Below, one piece after another: positions 8,873-18,076 of a stretch of 64,000 bases of DNA. The DNA is from Candidatus Latescibacterota bacterium. GTDB taxonomy: Bacteria; Latescibacterota; UBA2968; GCA-2709665. A program made the position numbers and the translations under genes. The DNA lies in contig OZ252100.1 of the NCBI GenBank assembly GCA_965248435.1, positions 1,216,001 through 1,280,000 of the forward strand, given 5' to 3'. Each line of letters starts with the position of its first letter. The first letter of the stretch is position 1. The notes beneath the pieces were generated by a model, which saw only the letters and a program-made list of their open reading frames with translations, did not search any database and was not told where the DNA came from.

Positions 8873-10707
8873 GAAAGATACTTTTCCTTTTGGTGTTGGC
8901 GGTTTTTGTCTTTGCAATTATGCCTGAGAGTGAGTCAAGACACCTTACTGCTTCTCTTTCCTCTGCCTTCTCCTCTTCTCTGTCTCCATATTGTAAGGAA
9001 TACAAAAGCGGGAATGTTAAATACAGAGTTGGAAGTAAGAGTTATTACAAGAAGGATTACTGCGGCAGAAATTCTTTCATAGACTATTCTTGCCAGGGAA
9101 AGAGGAAAAAGACTACAATTCGTAGGTGTAATTTCGGATGCGGTAGAGATGGATGCAAGCCAGCCCCTAGAGTTGAAGTGACGCAGAAACAAGCTGAGGC
9201 TGCTTTCCAACAAGGTGGATTTACAGGATTGGTAAAGACCGTCACCCAGGGACAAACAGATACTAATTGCTGGGGTAGAAATTGCAATGCTGGTGATGGC
9301 TGGAAACCTGACTGGAGAAACATAGGCCAATGCCAAGAACAAAAATGGGAGAGGTATTCTGATTTCTTTTGTGATACCAGGTCTAGTGCTCAGAGATGTA
9401 ATCTGCAAATAACTCAGAATAGAAAAACTGAGGAGGTAAGAACGATTGCGCCTCCAAGATGCACTCTTCCTACACGTGCTCCAACCCCAGCTCCAGCTGT
9501 AACTCCTAGCGCTCCTAAGCTAGCTGCTGATCCTGGCTTCCCACAAGTTAGAGATAATTTGTTTACAGCCAATTATTATGATGGTGTAAACTTCGATAAT
9601 TTCAGGCTCGGAGTTAGAGCATCTGATTTAGCAAGTTCAGGACAAGGAGATGAGCGAAAATTCTCCAAAGATTGGGGTATTGGTGCTCCTGCTCAAGCTA
9701 CTAATGTTGGGGCTGATCAATTTTCAGTAAAGTATGTTGGCAGATTTGATCTAGCCGCTGGTCAGTATGAGTTCTGGACTAATAGTGATGATGGTTCAAG
9801 ATTATATTTGATTTACCCTGGTGGAAACAGAAGATTGATTATCGATAACTGGGGCTTGCACGGACCTAGAAGAATCTCTACAAATAATGCTGACACTAAT
9901 CTGCAAGCTGGAAAACATACAATTCAAGTTGAGTATTTTGAGCAAGGTGGAGGTGCTTCAATTGAATTTGGATGGAAGTTAGTTACTCCTGCTGCTCAAC
10001 AGCTTGAAGCATTTGGTTTTGTCAAAGTGCCCGATGATAGTCAAATGAATGTAGATGAGGTTGCTGGGGGCGAGAAAGCTACTGTTAGTTGTGGTGGAGG
10101 GGTTATAGGGCAATACAAAGCAATTTATTATTGTGAGAATAAAGCATCAAGTAGTTGCAGTAAGGGTTTTCAGTTCGGTCCAGTAGGAAAGCCAACATTA
10201 GCAAGCGCAAGTGGAGACCCCCCTAAATTGAGTATTGTTTTCAATGACGCTAATTGCGGAATTCCTTGTGGTGCTCAAAAGAAAAGAGGATTTTTAGTTG
10301 CTACCTGCCAAGATTCGTTAAGAGAGAAAACCTGCACTACTAATAATGATTGTTCCTTCTTTTCTTCCAGTGCTTTGCCTGGACAGAGAAATGAGAATCT
10401 GTATTGCAGCTTTGCTAGCGGACAAGGCGGTTGCTGTTTTGTTGCCAAAGAAGCTTGGGATGGAGAAAGATGTATTGGAGGAGCAGAAACAGTAAGTCCT
10501 TGTGATTGTCCGATTGAGCAAAAGCAGGGTGGAAAATTCTTCTATGGTGGAAGAGAATACGATATTGGAAAGATCAAGAGAAATCCCTTTAAAGTTGGAG
10601 GCAAAACCCTTGATTGTTGGGCTGCAGAGCAGATATGTTTGAAGACAAATGCTCTTGGCAAATCTGATCAAGTTATTTTAGTAAAGCCCGAAACTTACGG
10701 AACCTAA
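8869..10707 (+). CDS. Secreted Cys-rich protein with PA14 domain
   Basis: ATGA overlap with the upstream gene; signal peptide MRKILFLLVLAVF; PA14 motifs DQFSVKYVGRF..AGQYEFWTNSDDGSRLY..IIDNWGLHG..GKHTIQVEYFEQGGGA; Pro/Thr linker. Confidence 0.85.
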   Translation: MRKILFLLVLAVFVFAIMPESESRHLTASLSSAFSSSLSPYCKEYKSGNVKYRVGSKSYYKKDYCGRNSFIDYSCQGKRKKTTIRRCNFGCGRDGCKPAPRVEVTQKQAEAAFQQGGFTGLVKTVTQGQTDTNCWGRNCNAGDGWKPDWRNIGQCQEQKWERYSDFFCDTRSSAQRCNLQITQNRKTEEVRTIAPPRCTLPTRAPTPAPAVTPSAPKLAADPGFPQVRDNLFTANYYDGVNFDNFRLGVRASDLASSGQGDERKFSKDWGIGAPAQATNVGADQFSVKYVGRFDLAAGQYEFWTNSDDGSRLYLIYPGGNRRLIIDNWGLHGPRRISTNNADTNLQAGKHTIQVEYFEQGGGASIEFGWKLVTPAAQQLEAFGFVKVPDDSQMNVDEVAGGEKATVSCGGGVIGQYKAIYYCENKASSSCSKGFQFGPVGKPTLASASGDPPKLSIVFNDANCGIPCGAQKKRGFLVATCQDSLREKTCTTNNDCSFFSSSALPGQRNENLYCSFASGQGGCCFVAKEAWDGERCIGGAETVSPCDCPIEQKQGGKFFYGGREYDIGKIKRNPFKVGGKTLDCWAAEQICLKTNALGKSDQVILVKPETYGT

Positions 10708-11973
10708 CTAAGGTTCAGCCTTAGCTAGACCTGCTTTTAGTCTTTCATCTATGTTTGCAGTTACTAAAGCTATGTGCATCGGTGAATAAGCTTTAACATC
10801 TGGAATTCCTCCTACAGAAAATAGATCTCCTACTTTTTCTGAATGTGTTCCAGAAGTTGCGACGTGATAATTCTCGTGAAGGTGGGTTGAGAAATTTGCC
10901 CCTGGTTTAGTATAATATCCAGCAGCAGTGTAGTTTCTATTGCGGTCTCCATTATTATAGGCTCCCCCATTTCCTCTTATGTTGTCCCTAGTATACCAGT
11001 GTATCCATCCTTCTGGAGGCTCTACAGTGTTCGTAGCTTCATTATAAATTTTAGTATGGTCTGTTCCTCTGACAATTTCAATGTCTTTAGGAATAAAGCC
11101 ACTCGTTAAGATGTGAAGTTGTTTTATTGCGTTCTCTGCATTTGCAAGGTCTTCTTCAGATGTTAGAGGGCCTTCCCAGGTTCTAGGATCTTTATTTTTG
11201 ACATCTAACCTTGTAGCACCTGCCCATAGGTAAGCCATTTTAATCGGAGATTTGAGACCTTCTTGTATGTCCGGGAAGAGAGTCTTGTATTCATCTATAA
11301 AATCATTATCGCTCTCAATCTCAACCTCTAGTTCTCCCAGATTGCTTTCTAGATCTCCTTTCCTAACTCTAAACGCAACCTTAGCCAAACCATTATCTTC
11401 TTTATTAAAGAGTCCTCTTGGTCTGTATGCCAGAATTGAGTCTTTTAGCTGCGTAACTAAACCATTACTGCCAACTATTTCATAAACTAAATTACTATCT
11501 GGCTCTGTAATAAATTGGAAAAGGTCTAGAGTTCTTGGCTCTGTAAAGGGTTCAACTTGAGGAATTTTTTGTAAAGGAATTTCAGTTATTTGCGGAGGGT
11601 TTTCTCTTATTTCAATGTCTTTTCCAAATGTCTCTGTAAGTTTTAGAAAGTCAAAAAATCCTACTTGTTCATCTTCATTCAAATCATATCTAGCATCCCA
11701 ATCAAGGTCAGTGCGTCTAGAGCCAAAAGCTTGTGCAAATCCTACAAAGTCAAGGAAGTCTACTTTCCCACTTCCATTAAAATCTGGATTTGGTTCACCT
11801 GGAGATATGATGTAAGAATCTCCTTCCACAACACCCTTAGAGGCTTTTGTTGTTGAAGGATTAGGATGCGGGTTTGCTTGAAGAGGCATACTTAATAGGC
11901 CGCTAGCTAATAATCCGTAACCTGTATCCTTCAAGGTCCTCTTTATTCTTCTGCCTAAACTTGGCTTTTTCAT
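10708..11973 (-). CDS. Exported protein with EF-hand/dockerin-like repeats and a zinc-metalloprotease motif
   Basis: DFNGSGKVDFLDF and DLNEDEQVGFFDF repeats; HENYHVATSGTH (HExxH-x5-H). Start at ATG 11973 (GGAGG directly upstream, TATA-like box 22 nt upstream). Confidence 0.75.
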   Translation of the reverse strand: MKKPSLGRRIKRTLKDTGYGLLASGLLSMPLQANPHPNPSTTKASKGVVEGDSYIISPGEPNPDFNGSGKVDFLDFVGFAQAFGSRRTDLDWDARYDLNEDEQVGFFDFLKLTETFGKDIEIRENPPQITEIPLQKIPQVEPFTEPRTLDLFQFITEPDSNLVYEIVGSNGLVTQLKDSILAYRPRGLFNKEDNGLAKVAFRVRKGDLESNLGELEVEIESDNDFIDEYKTLFPDIQEGLKSPIKMAYLWAGATRLDVKNKDPRTWEGPLTSEEDLANAENAIKQLHILTSGFIPKDIEIVRGTDHTKIYNEATNTVEPPEGWIHWYTRDNIRGNGGAYNNGDRNRNYTAAGYYTKPGANFSTHLHENYHVATSGTHSEKVGDLFSVGGIPDVKAYSPMHIALVTANIDERLKAGLAKAEP

Positions 11974-11995
11974 CCTCCAAGGAGATATCTGAGTG

Positions 11996-12009
11996 TTTAT
12001 AAAGTTTTC
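11996..12009 (-). promoter_or_regulatory. Archaeal-type BRE/TATA box
   Basis: GAAAACTTTATAAA on the minus strand, 22 nt before ATG 11973. Confidence 0.5.
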
Positions 12010-12095
12010 TATTTTCACTATTGCTAAGGGGTGAATAACAAGACCCTGAAAGAGCCTCAGAGCCTTTTAGGGGGATGTTCTATGTCTAAGCGAAC

Positions 12096-12467
12096 TCAGC
12101 GAGGGCTTAGAATTATCGTTACTACATTTGCGATGTTTAGCCTATCAAAGCCAAGTTCTGCCATCCTGGCTTGATTGCCTTCAACAGTCACCAAGTAGGT
12201 CTCATTCTCACCAGCATTAAGTGGTCCTAGGATGGATGTTCCTTCTCCAATAGTTTCTCCTGAGACAGTGACTCTATGGCTGAGGCTGGCTCGCTCAGAT
12301 GTATCATCGCCATCATTGGATAACTGAACGCTCACTTCGAACCAGCCTCCGTTTATGCTATAGCGCTCAACCTTTGAGAATGCTCGGTATATGGGAGCTT
12401 CCTCCATATTTGGATTCAAGCCACAGGAAAAAGCCAACAAGGCTAGTATGAAAACAACAGACTTCAT
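12096..12467 (-). CDS. Putative lipoprotein (Ig/CARDB-like fold)
   Basis: Lipobox LAFSC; VSVQLSNDG...LGPLNAGENETY pattern. Confidence 0.7.
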   Translation of the reverse strand: MKSVVFILALLAFSCGLNPNMEEAPIYRAFSKVERYSINGGWFEVSVQLSNDGDDTSERASLSHRVTVSGETIGEGTSILGPLNAGENETYLVTVEGNQARMAELGFDRLNIANVVTIILSPR

Positions 12468-12479
12468 CTCTTTTCATCC

Positions 12480-12941
12480 TCAAGTGGGAATGGTAAATCT
12501 CACCTCTGCTGGAGTGGGGTCTTTTGCTCCTTCATCGTCAACAGCTCTGACTCTCAAGGTGTAGCTGCCTCTCGGTAGGTTTCTGACAGTGCCTCGTTGG
12601 AGGTATTCTATAACTGCCTCAAAGCTATCTGAGATTGTTGGAGGATTTGATTTGAGAGAAATCCAACTAATGACTTTTGGTCCTTGGATAGAGAACTCAT
12701 AATCCACAACGACCCCATCCCCATCATTTCCTTCATAGCCAACCAGAAGCGAAGGTCCTGGATCAACCTCTATTACGATAACTTGAGGGGGGAGAAAAAT
12801 GCTCCCAGGCGTAGGACTTGTGAACTTTGCAGATGTCTCTGGCGGTTGATTTCTTTGAGAGGAAAGAAGACCATCTAAGTCTTGATTACTTTCCTTGCAC
12901 CCCAGGACTAAGAGAATGAGAATTAGAGATAATTGTTTCAT
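12480..12941 (-). CDS. Putative lipoprotein with Ig-like (Y_Y_Y-type) domain
   Basis: Lipobox LVLGC; NQPPET...NLPRGSYTLRVRAVDDEGAKDPTPA. Confidence 0.75.
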   Translation of the reverse strand: MKQLSLILILLVLGCKESNQDLDGLLSSQRNQPPETSAKFTSPTPGSIFLPPQVIVIEVDPGPSLLVGYEGNDGDGVVVDYEFSIQGPKVISWISLKSNPPTISDSFEAVIEYLQRGTVRNLPRGSYTLRVRAVDDEGAKDPTPAEVRFTIPT

Positions 12942-12960
12942 CTCCTCTCTTTACCTCCTT

Positions 12961-13827
12961 CTACGGCATAATGAATTTCATATAGAGACTGACTTGCAAA
13001 GCACCAAGTTTGACTTTTCCAAAATCTCCTTCCAGTTCAGTTTCGAGGGAAGTCCATTTGGGCTCAACAACAAAACCCACATAGTTGTTTGGCATCCGCA
13101 TCTCAAGATTTGCTCCGAAACTCCACCCATCCTCCCACTTATCAATATTTCCTTCTGTAACAGAACTGTCTAGCCCAAGCTCAGAGCCATTCATCTTTAC
13201 AGAGCCAAAAGCCAAACCTCCGAAAATGCTGGCATACACCTTTACACCTGGGCTCTCCTTCTCAGCCAGATTTTCCCTGTAGAGAAGCATCACTTCAAAG
13301 ATTCCTACATCCCAATTCCAGGTATTCAGGAAAGTGTTATCCAGAAAACCCTTTTGCAGCTCATAGCCTGTATAGTCCACTTTCAGTCCAAAGCCATCGC
13401 CGTGCTCGAACTCTGTTGAAAATCTCACCCCTGAAAAGCTTTCTCCATCAGGTCCAGCGATTGCCTGAATTCCAGTATTCCCCGCCAGTTTTCCTATTCC
13501 ATATCCGACTCCTAGAGACAGAACTCTTTCTGATTTGCTTTCTGTGGAAGCTTGCTCATCTTGGTTGATGAGACTATCTGGTTCAGGTGGTGCAAATAGA
13601 TCAGAGTCAACTGATAGCTGCACTTTTCCAATCCTCTTCACTTCCTCCATCCTAAACACCAGCAAGTCTCCTGCTCGATTCTTTACTTTTACATACTCTC
13701 CAGGAATTTGCTCAACAATGGTTCCAAAGATGATGCTGCCATTTTTGAGCTGGATCTCGTATAGGATTTCCTGAGCTCCTATCTCTCCTGCAAACACCAA
13801 GACCATCACTGCAAGTAAGCTTCTCAT
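12961..13827 (-). CDS. Putative outer-membrane beta-barrel protein
   Basis: Signal peptide; N-terminal IQLKNGSIIFGTIVEQIPG domain; alternating amphipathic strands in the C-terminal half. Confidence 0.7.
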   Translation of the reverse strand: MRSLLAVMVLVFAGEIGAQEILYEIQLKNGSIIFGTIVEQIPGEYVKVKNRAGDLLVFRMEEVKRIGKVQLSVDSDLFAPPEPDSLINQDEQASTESKSERVLSLGVGYGIGKLAGNTGIQAIAGPDGESFSGVRFSTEFEHGDGFGLKVDYTGYELQKGFLDNTFLNTWNWDVGIFEVMLLYRENLAEKESPGVKVYASIFGGLAFGSVKMNGSELGLDSSVTEGNIDKWEDGWSFGANLEMRMPNNYVGFVVEPKWTSLETELEGDFGKVKLGALQVSLYMKFIMP

Positions 13828-14017
13828 ATGAATACCCTCCTTAGAGTGTTGCTTTTAGCCCACATTTAAGATAAGGAAAAGATTGCTTATGAGCAATCTT
13901 AATAGATAGGAAAATACTGCTTTTAAGCCATTACGCCCCCGGCTTGGAAATCTTACCTTAGTGTTTTAAAATTCAGGACTTACTTGCAGTAGAGGTTTGA
14001 AAAGGTAGGAGGGGGCT

Positions 14018-14380
14018 ATGAAACAGTTCGAGGAAACAGCAAGACTTCTGGGCAAAAGGATATGGGATTTGCGAAAGCAGGCAGGATTATCTCAAGAGGA
14101 GCTTGCAGAGGGTGCGGATGTTAGTCTGGATGCTTGTGGAAGGCTGGAGAGAGGGGAGGGGAATGCGACTCTAAAGACAATGGTTGGAATCTCTGAAGCC
14201 TTCAGAATCAGCTTGAGTGAATTGTTTCAGCTCCGACAAGGAAAACAAGATCCTATAAAGAAGGAGATTGGAGAACTTTCCATTTTTCTTTCTACAAAAC
14301 CTTTAGAGGATGTTAAGTTTGCTGCTGGATTGATGAGGCAGATGATTTTACAGCTTCAGGAAGTTCGTGGAGAGGAATAA
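14018..14380 (+). CDS. XRE-family HTH transcriptional regulator
   Basis: LGKRIWDLRKQAGLSQEELAEGADVS...RLERGEGNATL; strong SD GGAGGGG. Confidence 0.92.
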   Translation: MKQFEETARLLGKRIWDLRKQAGLSQEELAEGADVSLDACGRLERGEGNATLKTMVGISEAFRISLSELFQLRQGKQDPIKKEIGELSIFLSTKPLEDVKFAAGLMRQMILQLQEVRGEE

Positions 14381-14388
14381 TAACTAGA

Positions 14389-14607
14389 CTAACGTATCTT
14401 AACTTTTCTTTCTCCATAGAGCTCAGAGATCAAAACATCTAAAGCAATTGCAATATTCTGAACGTGCTCTGCTGAAAGCCTTCTCGACCCTAGTTCTAAT
14501 TGAGTGTAGTAAGGTCTAGAGATTCCTATAGATTCTGCAACTTCCTTGGCAGATAGACCTTTTTGGATTCTTATTGCTCGAATTTTTTCTCTTATTACGA
14601 TTGGCAT
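14389..14607 (-). CDS. Small XRE/Cro-like HTH regulator
   Basis: IRAIRIQKGLSAKEVAESIGISRPYYTQLELGSRR. Confidence 0.9.
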   Translation of the reverse strand: MPIVIREKIRAIRIQKGLSAKEVAESIGISRPYYTQLELGSRRLSAEHVQNIAIALDVLISELYGERKVKIR

Positions 14608-14831
14608 TCAACCAAATCCATTTGCACAATAAACTTGTGTAGCCACCTTATCATAGCAGTCCTCGCTCCAGTTAGATCTCCGAATTCAACCACTTCCTGA
14701 ATCAAACGTTCTCTTTCTTTTCTTAGAATATCAACTTCTTCTGCTTCTTCAGAAACTTCACAAAAAGAAATCTCATCAAAAAGTTCTTTGACCTGGCTGT
14801 TGAATAATGTATTCACTGTATTGTCCTCCAC
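14595..14831 (-). CDS. Hypothetical acidic protein
   Basis: 78-aa ORF overlapping the start of the XRE gene. Confidence 0.45.
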   Translation of the reverse strand: MEDNTVNTLFNSQVKELFDEISFCEVSEEAEEVDILRKERERLIQEVVEFGDLTGARTAMIRWLHKFIVQMDLVECQS

Positions 14832-14904
14832 TTTCAGGCAAAAAAAATCCGAACATCAAGCTCCTATGACATTCGGCCTATTTCCGGTCCTCCTTTTGTA
14901 GCCA

Positions 14905-15238
14905 TTAGGCTAACACTTTGTCAATGGTTCGCATCATCTCTTCTACGTCTACAGGCTTGGACAAAGAGCGAGCAGCTCCCAATTCCCTCGCTGAGTTCAT
15001 TAATCCAGGTTTGCTTTCAAACGAACCTGAAATAGCTGAGTTCTCGAATCACTTCCAATCCGCTTTTCTGAGGCATCTGGATATCTGTGATGACTAAATC
15101 GGTTTGTTCTTCTCGGTAAGCAGCAACTCCACTTTCTCCATCAGAAGCTTCTAGGACATTATGCCCTGCAACTTCTAGGGTCCGTCGGAGCACTCGCCTA
15201 ACAAGATTTTCGTCGTCGATGATTAGGATATTTGCCAT
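14905..15238 (-). pseudogene. Frameshifted single-domain response regulator
   Basis: MANILIIDDE...ITDIQMP...VIREL, then the C-terminus AISGSFESKPGLMNSARELGAARSLSKPVDVEEMMRTIDKVLA* continues in another frame; about 10 codons are missing. Confidence 0.85.
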
Positions 15239-15271
15239 ACCACAATATCTTGTGTTTCCGAATGTTAGGTA

Positions 15272-15388
15272 TTGCCATCCCTGGAATCTTACATTATCTT
15301 ATATACACCAATGGGGCAGTTTACTGCTCTGTTTGGTTTGGGCCGGGGGGTCTGTCCACCAAGACTAACACCCCTCGGCTTCTATTTT
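15272..15388 (+). ncRNA. Candidate ~80-nt small RNA (promoter TTGCCA-17-TATCTT, two hairpins, terminator)
   Basis: Hairpin GGGGCAG-TTTA-CTGCTCT; terminator GCCGGGGGGT...ACCCCTCGGC-TTCTATTTT; no + strand gene follows. Confidence 0.45.
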
Positions 15389-15424
15389 GATACTAAGACT
15401 TGCTAATCCCGCTACATCCTCAAC

Positions 15425-16462
15425 CTAGGCAACTTTACGCATTTTCCTTCCAGACTTTTTCCTCTTTTCCTCTCTCCTAAATCGACGTATAACCATATCA
15501 ATCAAAGTCCCGCCTAATTCAGCGTGTGGATGCCCTTTCAACTTCTCGGCCTCTTCCAAGCTGCTACAATTTGAAATCTCCAAGCTAATCTCAAGACGCT
15601 GAGCCAATTCCCAAGGCTTGTGCTGGCGAAATATAGAGAAAAGTGGATCAATCATCTCTGGATGATATTCCAAGATGAAGTTTAAAATAGCAGGCCAACA
15701 GACAAGCTTAGCTGGTCCACCATAAATCGTTGGGACAAACAAACGACCAATGAGATGGTCTATGATGGCTAACATAGCAGGAGGCATGTCCTCGCCCACT
15801 GAAAGCTGGATAAGTTTTACAATGGCAAAGTGATTCTGATATATTTCTTTGATCTGAAAAGGATCGAATTTCTCTGGAAACACCATCCCCATTGAGCGTT
15901 TCCCACCAGTCTTTAATATGACGTTTTTGAATTCGCCTTTTGACACATCGCTCATTTGCAGCGAAGTGAATTTTCCGAATCGGACATTCTCAACCTCTGT
16001 ATGGATCTTAGCTCCTGTAAGATCCCACGTATTCATATCTATGTCTTTTACCTTTGCATCAGTTAGATTAGCAAAACGGAGCTTGACGTCTCTTCCTGTA
16101 GTTCTCTCTAGGTTGGCACCGCTTAGGTCCATTCCTGTTAAATCCCATCCAGATAAGTCCTCGCCAGAAAGGTCAGCTCCTCTTAGGTCTTTGCCGTGAT
16201 AGCCGTTTTGATGGCCATTCAAGAGACTTCTAGCAGGAACGTTTCCTTTTGTTTCATATTCGATGAACTCAGCCAAGCTCAGAGCTGTGGAATCCTTCAT
16301 TCGTCGAATATTACCCCTGATGGCCTGGCTAATTGTATCACGGCTTATCCTATGCCCATTTTGTTTGGTCCAGGCTTCTGTATACTCAAGCTTAAAACCT
16401 TGAGTATCGTAAAGTTCCTTGAGGGCATTTGACAGGCGAGAAGTGACTAAAGCTCCAGGCAT
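15425..16462 (-). CDS. Pentapeptide-repeat protein with N-terminal HTH-like domain
   Basis: DLRGA-DLSGE-DLSGW-DLTGM-DLSGA-NLERT repeats; N-terminal ISRDTISQAIRG...STALSLAEFI resembles an XRE HTH. Confidence 0.8.
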   Translation of the reverse strand: MPGALVTSRLSNALKELYDTQGFKLEYTEAWTKQNGHRISRDTISQAIRGNIRRMKDSTALSLAEFIEYETKGNVPARSLLNGHQNGYHGKDLRGADLSGEDLSGWDLTGMDLSGANLERTTGRDVKLRFANLTDAKVKDIDMNTWDLTGAKIHTEVENVRFGKFTSLQMSDVSKGEFKNVILKTGGKRSMGMVFPEKFDPFQIKEIYQNHFAIVKLIQLSVGEDMPPAMLAIIDHLIGRLFVPTIYGGPAKLVCWPAILNFILEYHPEMIDPLFSIFRQHKPWELAQRLEISLEISNCSSLEEAEKLKGHPHAELGGTLIDMVIRRFRREEKRKKSGRKMRKVA

Positions 16463-17015
16463 GACTCATTACTCCCTTGTCAAGAACTCCTGAAAACTCC
16501 TGAAAGAATTCAGATGTTTTTCTAGAATATTTTGATAAATTTAGCTTATTGCTACCGTACATAACGCGGCGGCGATACTGGGGCTGAGGGGCGTTTTTCT
16601 CCGCAAGAGTGGACGCTCCTTGGCCTTTTGTTTTGCCTACCTAATTTCCTACCCCCCGGCTCAAAAGTCAAGTTGAAAAGCAGTCGCTGAGTAGGCATTC
16701 TGAATGTTCCCTTTCTGAGTCTTGACATCTAACCCATATTGGTATACTTTTGTGCACTACTCTCCAAACTGGCTCATAATTGAAGGTTCGGTAACTAAAA
16801 GATGATCGCATTGATCCAAACGCAGATTTCCCCTGTCGAAGCGGTCGAAAATCCGTTGGCGGTTATAAAGCTAGCGCGTTTTCTTTATGCACATTTTTGT
16901 ATAAAGGTCACATTTTTGAATGTTCGAGGTTAACAGAAGAGAGAAGCCACAGTGTTTTCTTTCACTTACATAGATTGCGTTGTACATTTCAACCTGAAAA
17001 AAGCGAGACTATGGC

Positions 17016-17563
17016 TTGGCGGCTACACCTTCAAAGAGCTTTCGCGAACAGCTCAAGGGTGCAATATCTGATTTTCTCGGTCGAGAAGAGATGCCTTGTT
17101 ATAAGACTGAAGAGGCAATCCTAGAGCTTGTTGTCGCATTGTCCAGTTACACAGAGGAAGGAACCAATCTCTTTCCCAGGATACTAATCTGCGATGAGTT
17201 GCATGAGACCTTACGCATACTCAATGGAAGGAACAAGGTTCCGATAGGTCGCGAGGCTGGTCAAGTCGAAAAGCGATGTTTGGCAAGTCGCAAAATCCGC
17301 CAATAGCCTTCAGCGTCTCTTGATGCAAGGACAGCCTCGCAAGTGAGCCGTGAGGATATTGAGTGACCCGCCCAATGGTCGAGGCGTCAGAAGCTATAGG
17401 GTACGTTATCGCCGAGGGAGAGATGACTTACGCCCTTACGGATTCTGGCACAGAACTTCCTTCCACGATGAAGATTCGGCCCCAAGAGAGCTTCTTCGAC
17501 AAGCTCATCAAACGGTTCAAACTAGACATCTCGTTTGACATTACGAAGCTATTCAAGCAGTAG
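17016..17563 (+). pseudogene. Fragments of at least two truncated genes
   Basis: 17016-17306 is protein-like to about IGRE (LSSYTEEGTNLFPRILICD), then degenerates; 17363-17563 is a C-terminal fragment ending just before an attC-like site. Confidence 0.4.
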
Positions 17564-17567
17564 TGAG

Positions 17568-17624
17568 ACCCCAACCATTCCTTTCAGCCGACGGCGTTCC
17601 GCCGCCGCGAAGGCCGCGTTATCT
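17568..17624 (+). other. Degenerate integron attC-like site
   Basis: CCCCAAC-CATTCCTTTCAGCCGACGGCGTTCCGCCGCCGCGAAGGCCGC-GTTATCT directly after a stop codon: near-RYYYAAC and near-GTTRRRY ends, internal CAGCCGACGGC/GCCGC arms. Confidence 0.5.
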
Positions 17625-17653
17625 CATTCAATCATTTTCAACATATTCCACTA

Positions 17654-18076
17654 ATAGAAAAACGAATAATACTGATTTCCTGTGCGAGGAAAAAACGAGA
17701 TACGAAATCCAAAGCAAAAGATATGTATGTAAGCGCTTTGTTTAAGAAAAGTCTAGCTTATGCAAATCAGATACAACCAGTAAAGAAGAATATTTACATC
17801 CTATCTGCAAAACACGGGTTATTGCCATTAGATCAGGAGATTGAACCATATGAATTTTCATTGAAATTCTTATCAAATGTGAAGGTAAAGAAATGGGCAA
17901 AAAACGTATTAAATCAATTGGAAGAAGTATGTACACTTGACGAAACTGATTTCATTCTTTTTGCTGGTGAAAGATATAGAAGATACTTAGTGCCACACCT
18001 AAAATCTTATGAAATTCCTCTTAAAGGATTGGGTATTGGCAAACAGTTAAAAGAACTTAATGAGCTTGTAAAATGA
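17654..18076 (+). CDS. DUF6884-like protein
   Basis: In-frame upstream extension IILISCARKK..SKAKDMY.S.LFKKSLAYA, YILSAKHGLL, AGERY, PLKGLGIGKQL. No ATG before the conserved N-terminus (ATA at 17654). Confidence 0.75.
   Translation: MEKRIILISCARKKRDTKSKAKDMYVSALFKKSLAYANQIQPVKKNIYILSAKHGLLPLDQEIEPYEFSLKFLSNVKVKKWAKNVLNQLEEVCTLDETDFILFAGERYRRYLVPHLKSYEIPLKGLGIGKQLKELNELVK

Noticed and set aside
14018-14831. Prophage immunity switch
   Set aside because: The XRE genes are convergent rather than divergent, and no integrase, replication or structural phage genes are visible.
14838-14925. Promoter TTGACA with TAGCC-TAAT-GGCTA operator and an attenuator before the XRE genes
   Set aside because: It overlaps the last codons of the REC pseudogene; the hairpin is more simply that gene's terminator.
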